The position numbers were made by a program, and so were the translations under genes. Below are positions 48,596 to 59,500 of a stretch of 64,000 nucleotides of DNA, piece by piece (the first letter of the stretch is position 1; each line of letters begins with the position of its first letter). The notes beneath the pieces are model-generated. The model worked only from the letters and a program-made list of their open reading frames with translations, was not told the origin of the DNA and searched no databases. The stretch is from Lepidodermella squamata. Its lineage: Eukaryota; Animalia; Gastrotricha. The stretch covers positions 4,650,001 through 4,714,000 of the forward strand of contig JBLDXI010000042.1 in the NCBI GenBank assembly GCA_047495785.1, read 5' to 3'.

Positions 48596-49096
48596 TTAAA
48601 AATACAGACTTATCGTTGCAGGCTGCATTTTGCGAACAGATAAATCAATAGGACCTTCTAACGGACATTCTTCGGCATAGGGCCGAAATCTAGCAGTAGT
48701 GAACGATTTTGGTAAAGAGAGATCAATAGCGGCGTCCTTTGAAGTTATGCGAGTTGTAGGAATAGCCTTCTTTTGTTGTGTCGACAAGTTGCCAATTTTC
48801 GGCAGCTTTTGCAGCCAATAACCGGTACCTTGACTAGGCCCAGTGTCATCGACAATATGAAAGCCGGCATTTTTACGCGACTCAGCATTTAGTTCGTCTG
48901 TGCTCCTGCCCGAACAATCATCAGTGATAGCTGAATCTGCCGTAGTCATGATATTGCTAATGGAACTATCATCAACTGCCGTCGAGAAGTGGCCCGTGAT
49001 TTCCGACTCCTTTCCGTCTTTCTTTTTCGCCACCTTCCTTTTGCCTTTAGGCCTACGGCCAATACATTTTCGCGATCTTCTTCCGTAGTTCGGCAT
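48596..49096 (-). CDS. Hypothetical basic nuclear protein with PxDLS motifs
   Basis: 166-aa ORF with true ATG, K/R-rich N-terminus, AIDLS and PIDLS. Confidence 0.4.
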   Translation of the reverse strand: MPNYGRRSRKCIGRRPKGKRKVAKKKDGKESEITGHFSTAVDDSSISNIMTTADSAITDDCSGRSTDELNAESRKNAGFHIVDDTGPSQGTGYWLQKLPKIGNLSTQQKKAIPTTRITSKDAAIDLSLPKSFTTARFRPYAEECPLEGPIDLSVRKMQPATISLYF

Positions 49097-49669
49097 TTCT
49101 CAGCGATAATAGAACCCTATTGCCGACGTTTTTTCAAGAGAAAATTAGATGAACGGTTGAACGGGCGTGACCATTCCATAAGGGAGATGTAAAATTGTTG
49201 TAAGGGTTCTTTCAACATAATTTCATCGGCGGAGATGATTCCACACAACATTTTTACATGAATATACACGCCACAACCTTTTAGTTTTCTGATTAAATAA
49301 GAAAAACTTATCTAAACTTCTAACATAATGCGTTGCAAAGTACTAATGCGACCTAAAATCAACATGGTAAGATGATGATCTTTTACTCGCAATAATTGTG
49401 AATCAGCACTTTTTTGCAGGACCCCGAAATCACACGATCGATCACTAGGTTTTTGCTAACAATTTTTTTTATTCATTAGATAGTCGATAGGAGTGTCGAA
49501 TTTACGATAGAGAATTTTGTGCTGGACCGCATGTGCTTAGTGTACTATATTTGTGAAGGGTGGGTGACAATTTCAACAACATTCAATTTTCCTTGCAAGA
49601 AACCTCAAGCTATTAACCCAACCTAGAAGCTGGAGTGATATGAGCTTATTTGCGTTCTCTTTCAGGTAA

Positions 49670-51916
49670 TCAGCGACTGCTGCGGTTCGATGAAGCCGAG
49701 TGAAAGTTTGGGGGATGACGGGTAACGGAATTCCTTGGCATGGCAACATTCGCCAGCTTCATATTCATTATCACAACAGAAAGCGATGACAGCAGAAGAA
49801 GCCCGATAGCGATGACCAGCTCGAGCATAACCGAAGATTTAGAAATGTAGGAAATTGCGATAGTTCCGAGAAATAGCGTTACAGTCGCGGTGTAGTATAG
49901 CACAAGTCTTCTCGCCTCGGCGTTGAATTTGAACATCGGACACGATCGTAACTTCATCGCGAAACCAGCACCGATCAGCAACAAACCGGAATTTGCAGCA
50001 ATGAGAGCGGTCAGAAACTCACTTGAATATTGCGTTGATTCGCATTCAAATAATGTTGGTAGAACATACGTATCCGTCTCCTCTTGATATATATTTGAAC
50101 AGTCGTTGGGAACAGCCGTCAATGGATCGATGCATGTCCAAGCGATGCATACTGCTAAACAGAGGAAAGGGAAAACCGCGGCAACTTTAACGTTGTAGCA
50201 GCTGATTTTCTGTACATTCGAGTCTTTCGTTACCTTGTATGACTCTCGCAGACAAAGAAGTAGAGTGGATATAATATTAGAAAGTCCTAGCGTTGTAGCG
50301 AACAACGAGAATTGACAGGAAAAGCTGGTTTTCAACGACGTTGGCGCCGCTGTTGCTAAGGACGCAGCGCACAACAAGAAAATCGATGGTTGAAAATAGT
50401 ACAAATGCGTACATGATTTCCTCTTTTCGGCATCGCGGCATTTGATAATCAAAAGAGCGAGAGTAATTAGTGAAATAAAAATTGCAGCTGCAGTGATCAC
50501 TGAAAAAACATCAATGCCTATCCCAGTGTCGATTTCCATCAGAAGCGGGCCATCTAACGGAATTTGATCAAGAGGTTTCATGATCTTGAAATCGTAGTAA
50601 GACGAATTCAACAGGGTTGATGGACTTTTCCCATTGAATGTAATCGCATACCGAATTACCATGCCTCGATTACTGTACCATTGGGAAACAAGTTGCGGCT
50701 CGCTGTCGAACTCGAGTCGTTCTGAGTACCGGAAATCGCCATGTCTCAGATTTCGAACCGTCAACCTTGCCGCACTCATGTTCGCAACAGATGCAATAAC
50801 CTTTGGCTTATTGATATAGTCCTTTAACGTTAGATTTAGTTTGTTGAGTTCATTCTCGGTGCTATGAAGAGTCATCAGGCCATGAAGAGCGATGTCGTAG
50901 CATAGATGACGGAAGGCGAAGTCAGACGGCACCATGCCGTCGGTAATTGATTTGTAGAGAACTTCAAATTCAGTCATGGAATGACCTAACGTAGTTTTTC
51001 CCACAGGTGGTATAAGTGCATCGGGAGGTGAGCCAATGAAAAGCGCTCGTTTAAGCTGGTCGTAGTACTTTTCACGGCTGCACCACGGCGGGTAGAACGA
51101 GTCCGGCCAGCCTGAAGGCAATGCGAAGATTTGCATCCCTATTATAAACATGTACCTTGGCCCTCTGATCCCGACATTATAGGCGCGGCAGAAGAACAAA
51201 GGTACTTGTGCGAAAACACCTGGATCGACCACAAAAATGCGAATGTCTTCATTTTTCATTGCCAGCAAAACATAATCGTTGGAATCTGTCAACGCCTCCA
51301 TCAACACGATTTTAATGCCAACTTTTGGGGCGAGTTCTAGCATCATGTTGGCCAATTCTTGGTTCATTGTGTTACCATCCATGTTCAGCACAAGCCCCAC
51401 TTTTCGCCATTTCGCTAATGATTTTATGAATTGAATTCGTCCGTATATGGCAATTTGAGTGGATGATCGAATTCGATACATATTGGGGAAAATGTCGCGC
51501 CTCGCAGTTTGAGACGGGGCCATACAACTGAATGCGATCATTACCATGTCAACTTGAGCGGCCAGTCGACCCCAAGCCACGCAACCAGGTGTGAAGAGCG
51601 AGCCGAGGACGACCGGTGAGATTAAGGTGGAATTTCCGTTGAACTGCGAGAACTGCATAACATTTTTGACCGCTCTCTTTGAAACGGCTCCTTCGTCTTC
51701 GAAAACCAGATCGACATGGTACCCCGGTAGTATATCATCGCGGTCATTCACTAGGTCGACTACCAGTCGCTGTGTTGCGGCGCAGGATGCGAAATTGAGC
51801 GGCTCATTCCCAGTGAATGGTAACATCGATAGCATTTTTATGTGATGCAGCTTTTGGCCGTCAACCGCTACGGCGACGGTCAAGAGCGCGAAAAAGACGT
51901 GCCACTTTGAAACCAT
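49670..51916 (-). CDS. Class C GPCR, GABA-B-receptor-like (Venus flytrap + 7TM), intronless
   Basis: Signal peptide; VNDRDDILPGYHVDL, FPNMYR, WRKVG (ANF-receptor/VFT); seven hydrophobic segments incl. W...DPL after TM4 and C.S before TM5. Confidence 0.85.
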   Translation of the reverse strand: MVSKWHVFFALLTVAVAVDGQKLHHIKMLSMLPFTGNEPLNFASCAATQRLVVDLVNDRDDILPGYHVDLVFEDEGAVSKRAVKNVMQFSQFNGNSTLISPVVLGSLFTPGCVAWGRLAAQVDMVMIAFSCMAPSQTARRDIFPNMYRIRSSTQIAIYGRIQFIKSLAKWRKVGLVLNMDGNTMNQELANMMLELAPKVGIKIVLMEALTDSNDYVLLAMKNEDIRIFVVDPGVFAQVPLFFCRAYNVGIRGPRYMFIIGMQIFALPSGWPDSFYPPWCSREKYYDQLKRALFIGSPPDALIPPVGKTTLGHSMTEFEVLYKSITDGMVPSDFAFRHLCYDIALHGLMTLHSTENELNKLNLTLKDYINKPKVIASVANMSAARLTVRNLRHGDFRYSERLEFDSEPQLVSQWYSNRGMVIRYAITFNGKSPSTLLNSSYYDFKIMKPLDQIPLDGPLLMEIDTGIGIDVFSVITAAAIFISLITLALLIIKCRDAEKRKSCTHLYYFQPSIFLLCAASLATAAPTSLKTSFSCQFSLFATTLGLSNIISTLLLCLRESYKVTKDSNVQKISCYNVKVAAVFPFLCLAVCIAWTCIDPLTAVPNDCSNIYQEETDTYVLPTLFECESTQYSSEFLTALIAANSGLLLIGAGFAMKLRSCPMFKFNAEARRLVLYYTATVTLFLGTIAISYISKSSVMLELVIAIGLLLLSSLSVVIMNMKLANVAMPRNSVTRHPPNFHSASSNRSSR

Positions 51917-52936
51917 GAGAGCGAGAAAATGAATTTATTTTCGCCTTTGCGCGCCGCATATTTGTAGTCGACGGATCCACTAACCCCAGAGGCATAATGT
52001 CTGAAATGTCTGAGGCTGTTGACAAATTTGAAACCCTGTTGTGATTAAACGTGACATGAGAGTGTTGAGTGTGACACTGAATGACACGCATAATGGGCAC
52101 CTTGTTTCCAAAAAGTGCACCCATGTGCTTCCTTCCTCATTTAGATGTCTATGATTTATGTAAATGTAACAATAACACGAGAACTTTCTTACCCTTTCAT
52201 GGCCGAATTTTTTAATTTTCAGGCAAATGAAGGAATTAGTCGGAAAATCTACACCTGTATGATACCCTAGGCACTTAGGTGCATAGTTCGTTGTTGGTGC
52301 GGCAAAAAGTCATATCTCGATCCAAAATCGAAACTGAGATTTTTACAGTTTCTGACTCAGTTTTTCGTGCTTTCTTCGGCTTCTTCCGCATTTCAGCATT
52401 TCTCAGCGATAATAGAGTAATCCATATTTGCCAGAATATTTCAGTGACCTTGAGCAGAACCTTTCCTTCATGAAGATGCATAATCTATTTCAGTGGCGGG
52501 GATGACTACCCACAACGTTTTAACATGAAGGCACACGTCTTAGCCTTAGCTTTGTGAAGAAGTTTGAAAGAATTCTCTGAATTTCATGAGTTTGAAAAAA
52601 ATCTTTGCAACGTACTAATGCACCTGAAATTACCAAGTGTAATAGTGATATGATGTTTTTAAAATCGCAATAATTTTGTATCGGCCATTTTGTTGCAGGT
52701 CATCGATCACACGATCACTCGATGGATCTTAGTTTTTTGCTCCAATCGAACCATTTTTAATCTGCATTAGTCGATAAAAGTGCTTACTAACTGTCCCATA
52801 ATGGAGATCGTCTAATTGAGCATGAGGACTTACCCAGTGAATGTAATCGCATACTGAATTACCAAGCCCCGATCACCACACCGGAAACAAGCTGTATATT
52901 GAACTCTAGTCGTTCGGAATGGAGCGTAAATCGCCA

Positions 52937-53116
52937 TGTATATGGAGCGAGTCCACCTCCCATCTCTCCTCCTGGTCCCCTTACAACCGCGTAAGCGAAC
53001 ACGGAGTGTGTGTCGGCCATGGTGGCTCAAAGGTTAGAGCCGTGCCTTCTCAGAAAGGCAGCCCGGGTTCAATCCCCGGGTACGACACTTTTCGAGCACT
53101 CGTGTAGCGCGTTACA
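52937..53116 (+). mobile_element. ~180-bp solo-LTR-like insertion carrying a tRNA-derived Pol III cassette
   Basis: Absent from the intact paralog site (AAATCGCCATGTCTCAG); TGTA...TACA ends, CCAT direct repeat (52934-52937 / 53117-53120; left copy shares one T with the terminus). Confidence 0.75.
53012..53092 (+). ncRNA. tRNA-like Pol III unit (not a canonical tRNA)
   Basis: Box A TGGCTCAAAGG (53023-53033), D stem GCTC/GAGC, T arm CCGGG-TTCAATC-CCCGG (box B), TTTT at 53089-53092; acceptor stem and anticodon loop irregular. Confidence 0.65.
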
Positions 53117-54375
53117 CCATGTCTCAGATTTCGAACGATCAACTTAACCATACGCTCGTGTTCGTTGTTTATGTTTGGTAATTGATTTAAACTTGAAGTT
53201 GTGCAAAATAATGAGCCAAAGTACTTCAACCCACACTTGGTGCATCGGAGCCTTTGAAACTCCCCCGTTTCAGCTGGTCGTGGTACTTTACCACAGCGGG
53301 CAGGACGAGTTTGGCTAGCCAGAAGGTAATTTGAAGGAATTCCCACGCCTGATGTAGACTATTGACTAAGACCATGTCTGGCCAGTGGCCTGTGGACTGC
53401 GGGTGGGCGGGAAAATGGCACAAAACAACGTTTCGTATTGATCGTTTTCATGCGGCAAAATAGTGCTGAGTGTTACCGCGATTTATTTTTTAAATCAATG
53501 CGATAAAAATGTCAATACTATTTTTTACAATTATAATATGTTTTTAATAATCCAAATTTTGGTTTTCACGCAAAATGTCTTGGTTTCCGCTGTGCAAAGT
53601 CCTCGTCGTTCAGTTCTTGTCGCTTCGACGTCATGAAGTTTGCCAAGAATGTCTGTTTACGCTCTGTTCACGGGTAGAAATTAAATATGGGTTGAAAATG
53701 AAGGAATTCAAGCGCCAAGTATAAGGTTTTTCAGCCAAATAGGGACTAGGCAACGGGAATTTCGACCTTGCCAAAGCATTCGCTCTGCGCTCTTGTTTTG
53801 CTTCGGCGCAATGCACTCAGCTTGAATTTTTTTGCTTGTAGTGTTGCTGTTAGTTAGAAGGTTACTGGCCATCAATTGAGCGTATAAGAAATTTTACCTG
53901 GGAAATGGAAGAGCTCATAATGCGTCTCGTAAAGAGTCAAAAGCCTTTCTATGATGCGTCTCATGTGACAATGGAGAGAAATCAGGACGCGAACCCATTT
54001 TTCTGGCTATTCTTGTTGGGGAGTGGGATATCTTCAAATGCATTGTCAGCTCAAACTTTAAACTCGCGTCGCTTGCAATATGGTCGCAAGCCATTATTCA
54101 ATTTCAAGTGTGATTCTTCAAGTGTTGTTGCAAGGATTGTTTGTTGCTTCGTGTATCTCAGTATCTCGTATCTCAGAGGTGTAAGTACTCGCTGATGTGA
54201 ATCTCTTCGAACTTGGAACTGCTCACCTGTACGCTGTATGCTCCCCAGCGAACGTAATGAGGTTTCTAGCCTCGAAATTTGAAGCTGGACAGTGAACTAG
54301 CAGAAAGCATTTAATTTAATTATGTGCTTTCTGCGACAGAACATAGGATATTAACGCATAGCTCATAAGTCACAA

Positions 54376-55125
54376 ATGAGCAAGCCTCCTCCGTTTCTCG
54401 ACGTCGCTGCTGGAATCTTGAAGCGTGCTATAGCTGCAGATGAATCAAAACACTTTGCACAAAGCCTGTTGTACTATCAAGAGGGCATAGAAGTGCTGCT
54501 GCGAATAATGAAAGACGACTCCATTGAAGCCACTCAACGGAGCAGACTTCGCCAAAATGTGGAGAATTACATGGATCGTGCTGAGCAAATCAAGCGGCTT
54601 TTGGAGAAGGAGAAAACTGCATGCTCATACCATGAAAACATTAGAATAGGTGATGATGACACCGGTTACAGTTACACCCGCGTATTTGGTCCGTATTGTG
54701 ATAACAATGTAACTTCGGTTGAAGTGGATGATCCCTACATCCGGGAAACATATCAACTGCTTAACTTCGTCAGATTTTGCGAGCTATTTGTGAAAAACCG
54801 TTGCCCGGTGACAAAAATTACGCTGAAAACGTTCATTGACTCTCCGGATTCGATAAATGGCAAACGACAAAATTCTGCTTTCAATGAGATCTCTCAGAGC
54901 TTGTCAAAGCATGGTATCGCCATTGAGACGAAGCACTCGGAAACTCTCCATGATCGAGAAGTGAGGTTCTCGAATGGCTGGATTTTCAAACTAGGTCGTG
55001 GTCTGTCGTACTTCAAAAAGGCTGAGTTCGGTAATTTCTCCATCGGTAGCTGCGACATGGATTTGAGGCCATGCCATGAAACAACTATTGAAATTTTTCA
55101 CCGTTCCACGCTAGCTACGAAATAA
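54376..55125 (+). CDS. MITD1: MIT domain-containing protein 1, intronless
   Basis: MIT domain (LKRAIAADE...YQEGIEVL...YMDRAEQIK) and PLD-like MIT_C (DPYIR...NFVRFCEL, LHDREVRFSNGWIFKLGRGL). Confidence 0.93.
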   Translation: MSKPPPFLDVAAGILKRAIAADESKHFAQSLLYYQEGIEVLLRIMKDDSIEATQRSRLRQNVENYMDRAEQIKRLLEKEKTACSYHENIRIGDDDTGYSYTRVFGPYCDNNVTSVEVDDPYIRETYQLLNFVRFCELFVKNRCPVTKITLKTFIDSPDSINGKRQNSAFNEISQSLSKHGIAIETKHSETLHDREVRFSNGWIFKLGRGLSYFKKAEFGNFSIGSCDMDLRPCHETTIEIFHRSTLATK

Positions 55126-55191
55126 TTTATTTCCCTTATTCTTAGTAAATTCGGTTCTAATTCCGTTTTGTTCAGTTAGATTTTCTTATTA

Positions 55192-56448
55192 ATGGCTGAA
55201 TTTCTGGACGATGAGGCTGAATGCTCCGATTTTGATGGCGAGGAAGATGAAGACCTAGAGGCGGAAGAAGAAGAAGAAGAAGAAGAAGAAGAAGATGGCG
55301 GTAGCCATGACGAAGAAGGTGAGAGTGAAGATGACGATGCGGATGACGATGACAAATCCGACGAAAAAGATGATTCATTCCGAATCCTCAATGAAAGTAC
55401 TACGTCAGTAGAAAACGTTGGGGCAGTTACTACCCAATTGAAGTTATGGGACCAATTGATGGCCTCTCGGATCAAATTACAACAGGTAATGATTCATCTC
55501 ACGTATTTGATTGACTTTAATTGACACCTGTTACATAGGTCATCAAAGCTGCAAATAGTCTTTCATTGCTAAACACAAGGATTGCCTCAAAAGATGTGAA
55601 AAAGAAGGCAATTTTATGCGTGAGGCGAGCTGAAAAAATGCGAGCTCATCTACAATCTCTAGTCGACTCGCTGCTTACAAGTCTTGACGTGGAGAAAGCT
55701 GATGATTCGATGCAATTTGAGCTAAGTAAAGCTGACGCATTTTGGGAGCCGATTCTCGAGCAATGGTGGGGCAAGACGTGCATACCTACAACTGACAAGA
55801 AAGGCAATGCGAAAAATAGCTTCAATCAACTTGAAGAATCGCCGGTGAAATATGCCCGGCGGTTGATGTCTGACAAACCGACTTTGTTGAAACGGACGCA
55901 ATTAAAGCGTCTCGATTATCGGCCGCTCCAATCGATTGGTGATGCGCCTATTTCCGGCGAAGATTATGATGCGAGAATATTTGATGATAACGATTTCTAT
56001 CAGACGTTGGTTCGGGATGTTATTTCGCGAAAATTGGCCAATTCTAGTGATCCAAGTGCAATGGCTAGGTTTGTATATTTTTCAACTGTTGACAATATTT
56101 TTAAATATCCCATTTCGCGATATTTAACGGGAATTATATGGATAAGAGAAATGGTTTCATTCACCTTGTGCCATTTATTACAGGACGATGTTATCTGGCG
56201 AAAAGCTGACCGCCGATATTATGAAGCCGAAAAAGAAAGTTGTCGACAGGCGAGCGAGTAAAGGCCGCAAAATTCGTTACAACGTAAGTTGTTCGCGTAC
56301 ATATCGCTTGAATAATCGCCGCAATTATGCCTCATTATCACAGGTCATGCCCAAGTTGGTCGCTTATATGGGCCCAGATCTTTCGAAGATAACGTGGACC
56401 GACCAACAACGCGACGAGTTGTTCAAGTCTTTGTTCCAGCAAATTTAG
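55192..56448 (+). CDS. AATF: AATF/Bfr2/Che-1; exons 55192-55485, 55539-56068, 56184-56283, 56344-56448
   Basis: Acidic N-terminus, QLKLWDQLMASRIKLQ, IFDDNDFYQTLVRDVI, TRAUB motif VDRRASKGRKIRYNVMPKLVAYM...ELFKSLF. Confidence 0.92.
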
Positions 56449-56567
56449 AAAATTGTTTTTATTAAACCAAAAGAAACTAGAGCTGATTTTTTCCTACAAT
56501 TTTTAGCTGATTTTTTTGAATGTATTTATATAGGCATTGTTATAAAACAGATGCTAGGTGAATCTAT

Positions 56568-59500
56568 ATGGGCAGGAAGACCACATCTCTGTCGTCACAT
56601 CTATCAGGTTCCAGTAAGCAAGCTTCAAGTTCTCAATCCGCTGTCAGCAAACAATCGGCTGATATAAGTCAAAGTTCTAGTAGTAAAACTCCGGAACCGG
56701 TGCCGTCACCCGCCTCAGCCGGCGAGTGCTCAACCAGTGCCGCTTCGTCTTCCGCAGCGGTAAGACAGACCCCGGCTAAGCGACCGCGTTCGGTTGGCGG
56801 TGCCGCGAAACCAGTTGCTAGTGCCGAGCCGGCTAAGAAGAGTCGCGCCTCGTTAGACAGCAGCAGGAAACGCCCGAGTTCTGCGGCGTCCGAACAGCCT
56901 GATAAACAGGCACGCACGACTGGGGAAGATTCCGACGGTGACGACTCTGATTCGGCCGCGAAATCGTATTGGCTACGCAGCAGACGCGACTCGTCGATGA
57001 AACGCGCGTCGAACGCCTCGGAAAAACAGCCGAAACCGGCTCAGGTATGAATTTTTTCCTCGATTTTTTGTACAAAATCTTTGGGCGGAAATAGAGTTTT
57101 AGCCTTACATATTGAGCTTTGATCTGCCCTAAAAATTGGGGATAACATGATATTTATTGAACGGATGTGAATGCCGTATGCTGCTAAACTAAGCGCAGAT
57201 TCCTATGGTACTTTTACGGTAGTTTTACGTTATTAGTTCCGAAATCTTCCATGCTGGTAAAAAACGTTATCCGAACTTGGATTAACAATAAATTGGTTAA
57301 TTAGCTCGTTAACTAAACTCCAACATCTTTTTAAATCCCAAATCATATCAGGATTCATAAAATTCACGAGAGAAACAATCAAATCACAAAAACCACACAG
57401 TTAGTCTCCCAGATTCAAATGTCGAATTTCTCGTTGTTGAGCACTTGGACGAATTAGATATTCTTGAGCGAGTTCTCAAGCCAGGTGAAGCTTTTTCGGC
57501 TGCCTTGGCCACTTTTCTCATGCCGAACGTGACTTCGAAATCGATCTTTAAGGCCGCCGTAGCCTCAAAAAAATCTTTGACTTCCGTTAAATCTTCACGT
57601 TTCTTGTTAAGCCAGTTGGCGATCGCTTGGCAGCAATTAGAAAATTGTTTTTATTAAACCAAAAGAAAATGCAAAATCTAAACTCACAGGTGCTCCGTCT
57701 TGATCGAGGGTACTTGAGAGAAATTAAAAATAGTATAATATCGGGTGGATAATTAAGACACGGCAAATGAGAGAGCCGTTGTTTCGATTGATTTCAGTGG
57801 GACAAATAAGACGGGCAGAATCAATAGATTCCAGACATTGGACCATTCGCACGTCATTCGCCTCCAATCTGAATAGCCCATCTCTGGCAGCCAATTTTAC
57901 TAGATACTAGATTGCTCAACTGTCGCGCTTGACCAATAGTGCTGCCGTGTCGAAGCCGGAAAACCGTCTGCTCGGTTTGATTTTGTACTATCGTCAGCAT
58001 CTTTAGAATGTTTAGAGCGTGGTAATCCACGAATGACGCGGTCATATTGATTCCACTGATCTAGCGGATATCGAGCAGTAACCTAGCTCGGCGTACAGGC
58101 TGCTGCCGCCGTCTTCGCCAACAACCAGGCCGTTGCCCAGATCGGCGCCGCGATCATCTCGCAGGCTGGTGCCAACATCAATATGAAAAATGTCATGTCA
58201 ATCAGGTCAAACTGAACGAAGGTCGAAACTTAACGACGAGTTGGACACCGCTCTTGAGTGTGGCCGTTTGTATCTGTAAAATATACAAATGACAACAAGT
58301 CAATTTTGAAAGATAAACTAACAGCAGTATGTGCAGAAGTTGCGGAAGGAGCGGGCATTGGAGCGCGGGGTGACCAAGCTCACCTATTGAAAATTGAAAA
58401 TTTCATTTCACATTACCCGAAGAATGCACGACGGAAGTAAGAGTTGTCGGCATTTCTACAAATATAGAAATATTTATGTATTGATTTGGGAAGAAATCGG
58501 CTGTTACAAAGTAACAGACATCGATTCTTGGAAGATTTTCGCCTGAATGAGCTTTCATTATGTCATCAAATTTGTCAGATATAGCATCCGAGACAAGTAA
58601 TATCAAACAATTGAGATAATTAATTGTTAGTTATTGACGTTTTAGCGGAATTATGGGTCCGAAATGGCCGCTAAGGCCGAAGCTTGAAGTGTCGTAATTT
58701 AGGGTAATAACATTTTCGTAGGTATAACGGTGCCAGCCGGTTCGAGTGATGCCCGGCGCCGTTGATAGAGATTGGTATTTGAAACAATACTGCCGTGTCA
58801 AAGCCGAAAAACCGTCTTCTCGGTTTGATTTTGCACAATCTTCAGCCTCTTAATGCTTCAGTCTTCCTCGGGAGATGAATGTCGAGACACGTGATGTTTT
58901 GCGAACGTTTTCGAGATAGGCACTAGAATGCGGTAACCCAAGAATCACCCGATCGTATTGGTTCCAATGATCTGGCGGATATCGAACAAAGGTGTACCCG
59001 AGAGAAAAAAATTGCGATCCTCCAAAGCCGGATGAGTTGTAAGCAGCCCGCTCCGGCCCAGGCTGTCCTTGAGTTGTACACCCTCGTAGTCTTCTCATAT
59101 TCAAACTTTGCTATTTTTCTCAAAATTTGTCCGAGAAAAAGAGCGATCGTCCTTATTTTGCATTTATAATTAATTCATGATTTTTAAGATGGACGAATAA
59201 TTTAAAGTTGTGTGTAATTACCCTCGATTCCTGAGATGTGGGCAAATTTTTATTAAATTTATGGGAAATTACTTGAAGACTAAATGTATGATGATAATTA
59301 ATGGCATTTTTCTTTGTTGTAGGGTCAAGAGCAGGCCGACAAACCTGCTGCGAAACCTACCGGTGCCGGCATTTTAGCCTCGCTAGTCGGCTCATCGTCG
59401 TCAAGCAACGCCACAAAAAGCAATGCACCAGCTGGAGCAGCAGCTGCCACTGGCTCCAAACCAGCCGCTTCTTCGTCCACAAAACCCACCGCCTCGTCAA

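Larger units (their letters stand above)
52830..53335 (-). pseudogene. Decayed partial duplicate of the class C GPCR, interrupted by an insertion
   Basis: Nucleotide similarity to 50630-50800 (GAATGTAATCGCATAC.GAATTACCA, CCATGTCTCAGATTTCGAAC) and 51053-51122 (AGCTGGTCGT.GTACTTT...GAAGG.AAT). Confidence 0.8.

Noticed and set aside
53012-53087. Functional tRNA (e.g. Leu-CAG or Sec/suppressor-TCA)
   Set aside because: Acceptor stem cannot form 7 bp, anticodon loop size is irregular, and it lies inside a TSD-flanked insertion
55264-55293. (GAA)n microsatellite
   Set aside because: Encodes the poly-Glu tract of AATF; not an independent feature
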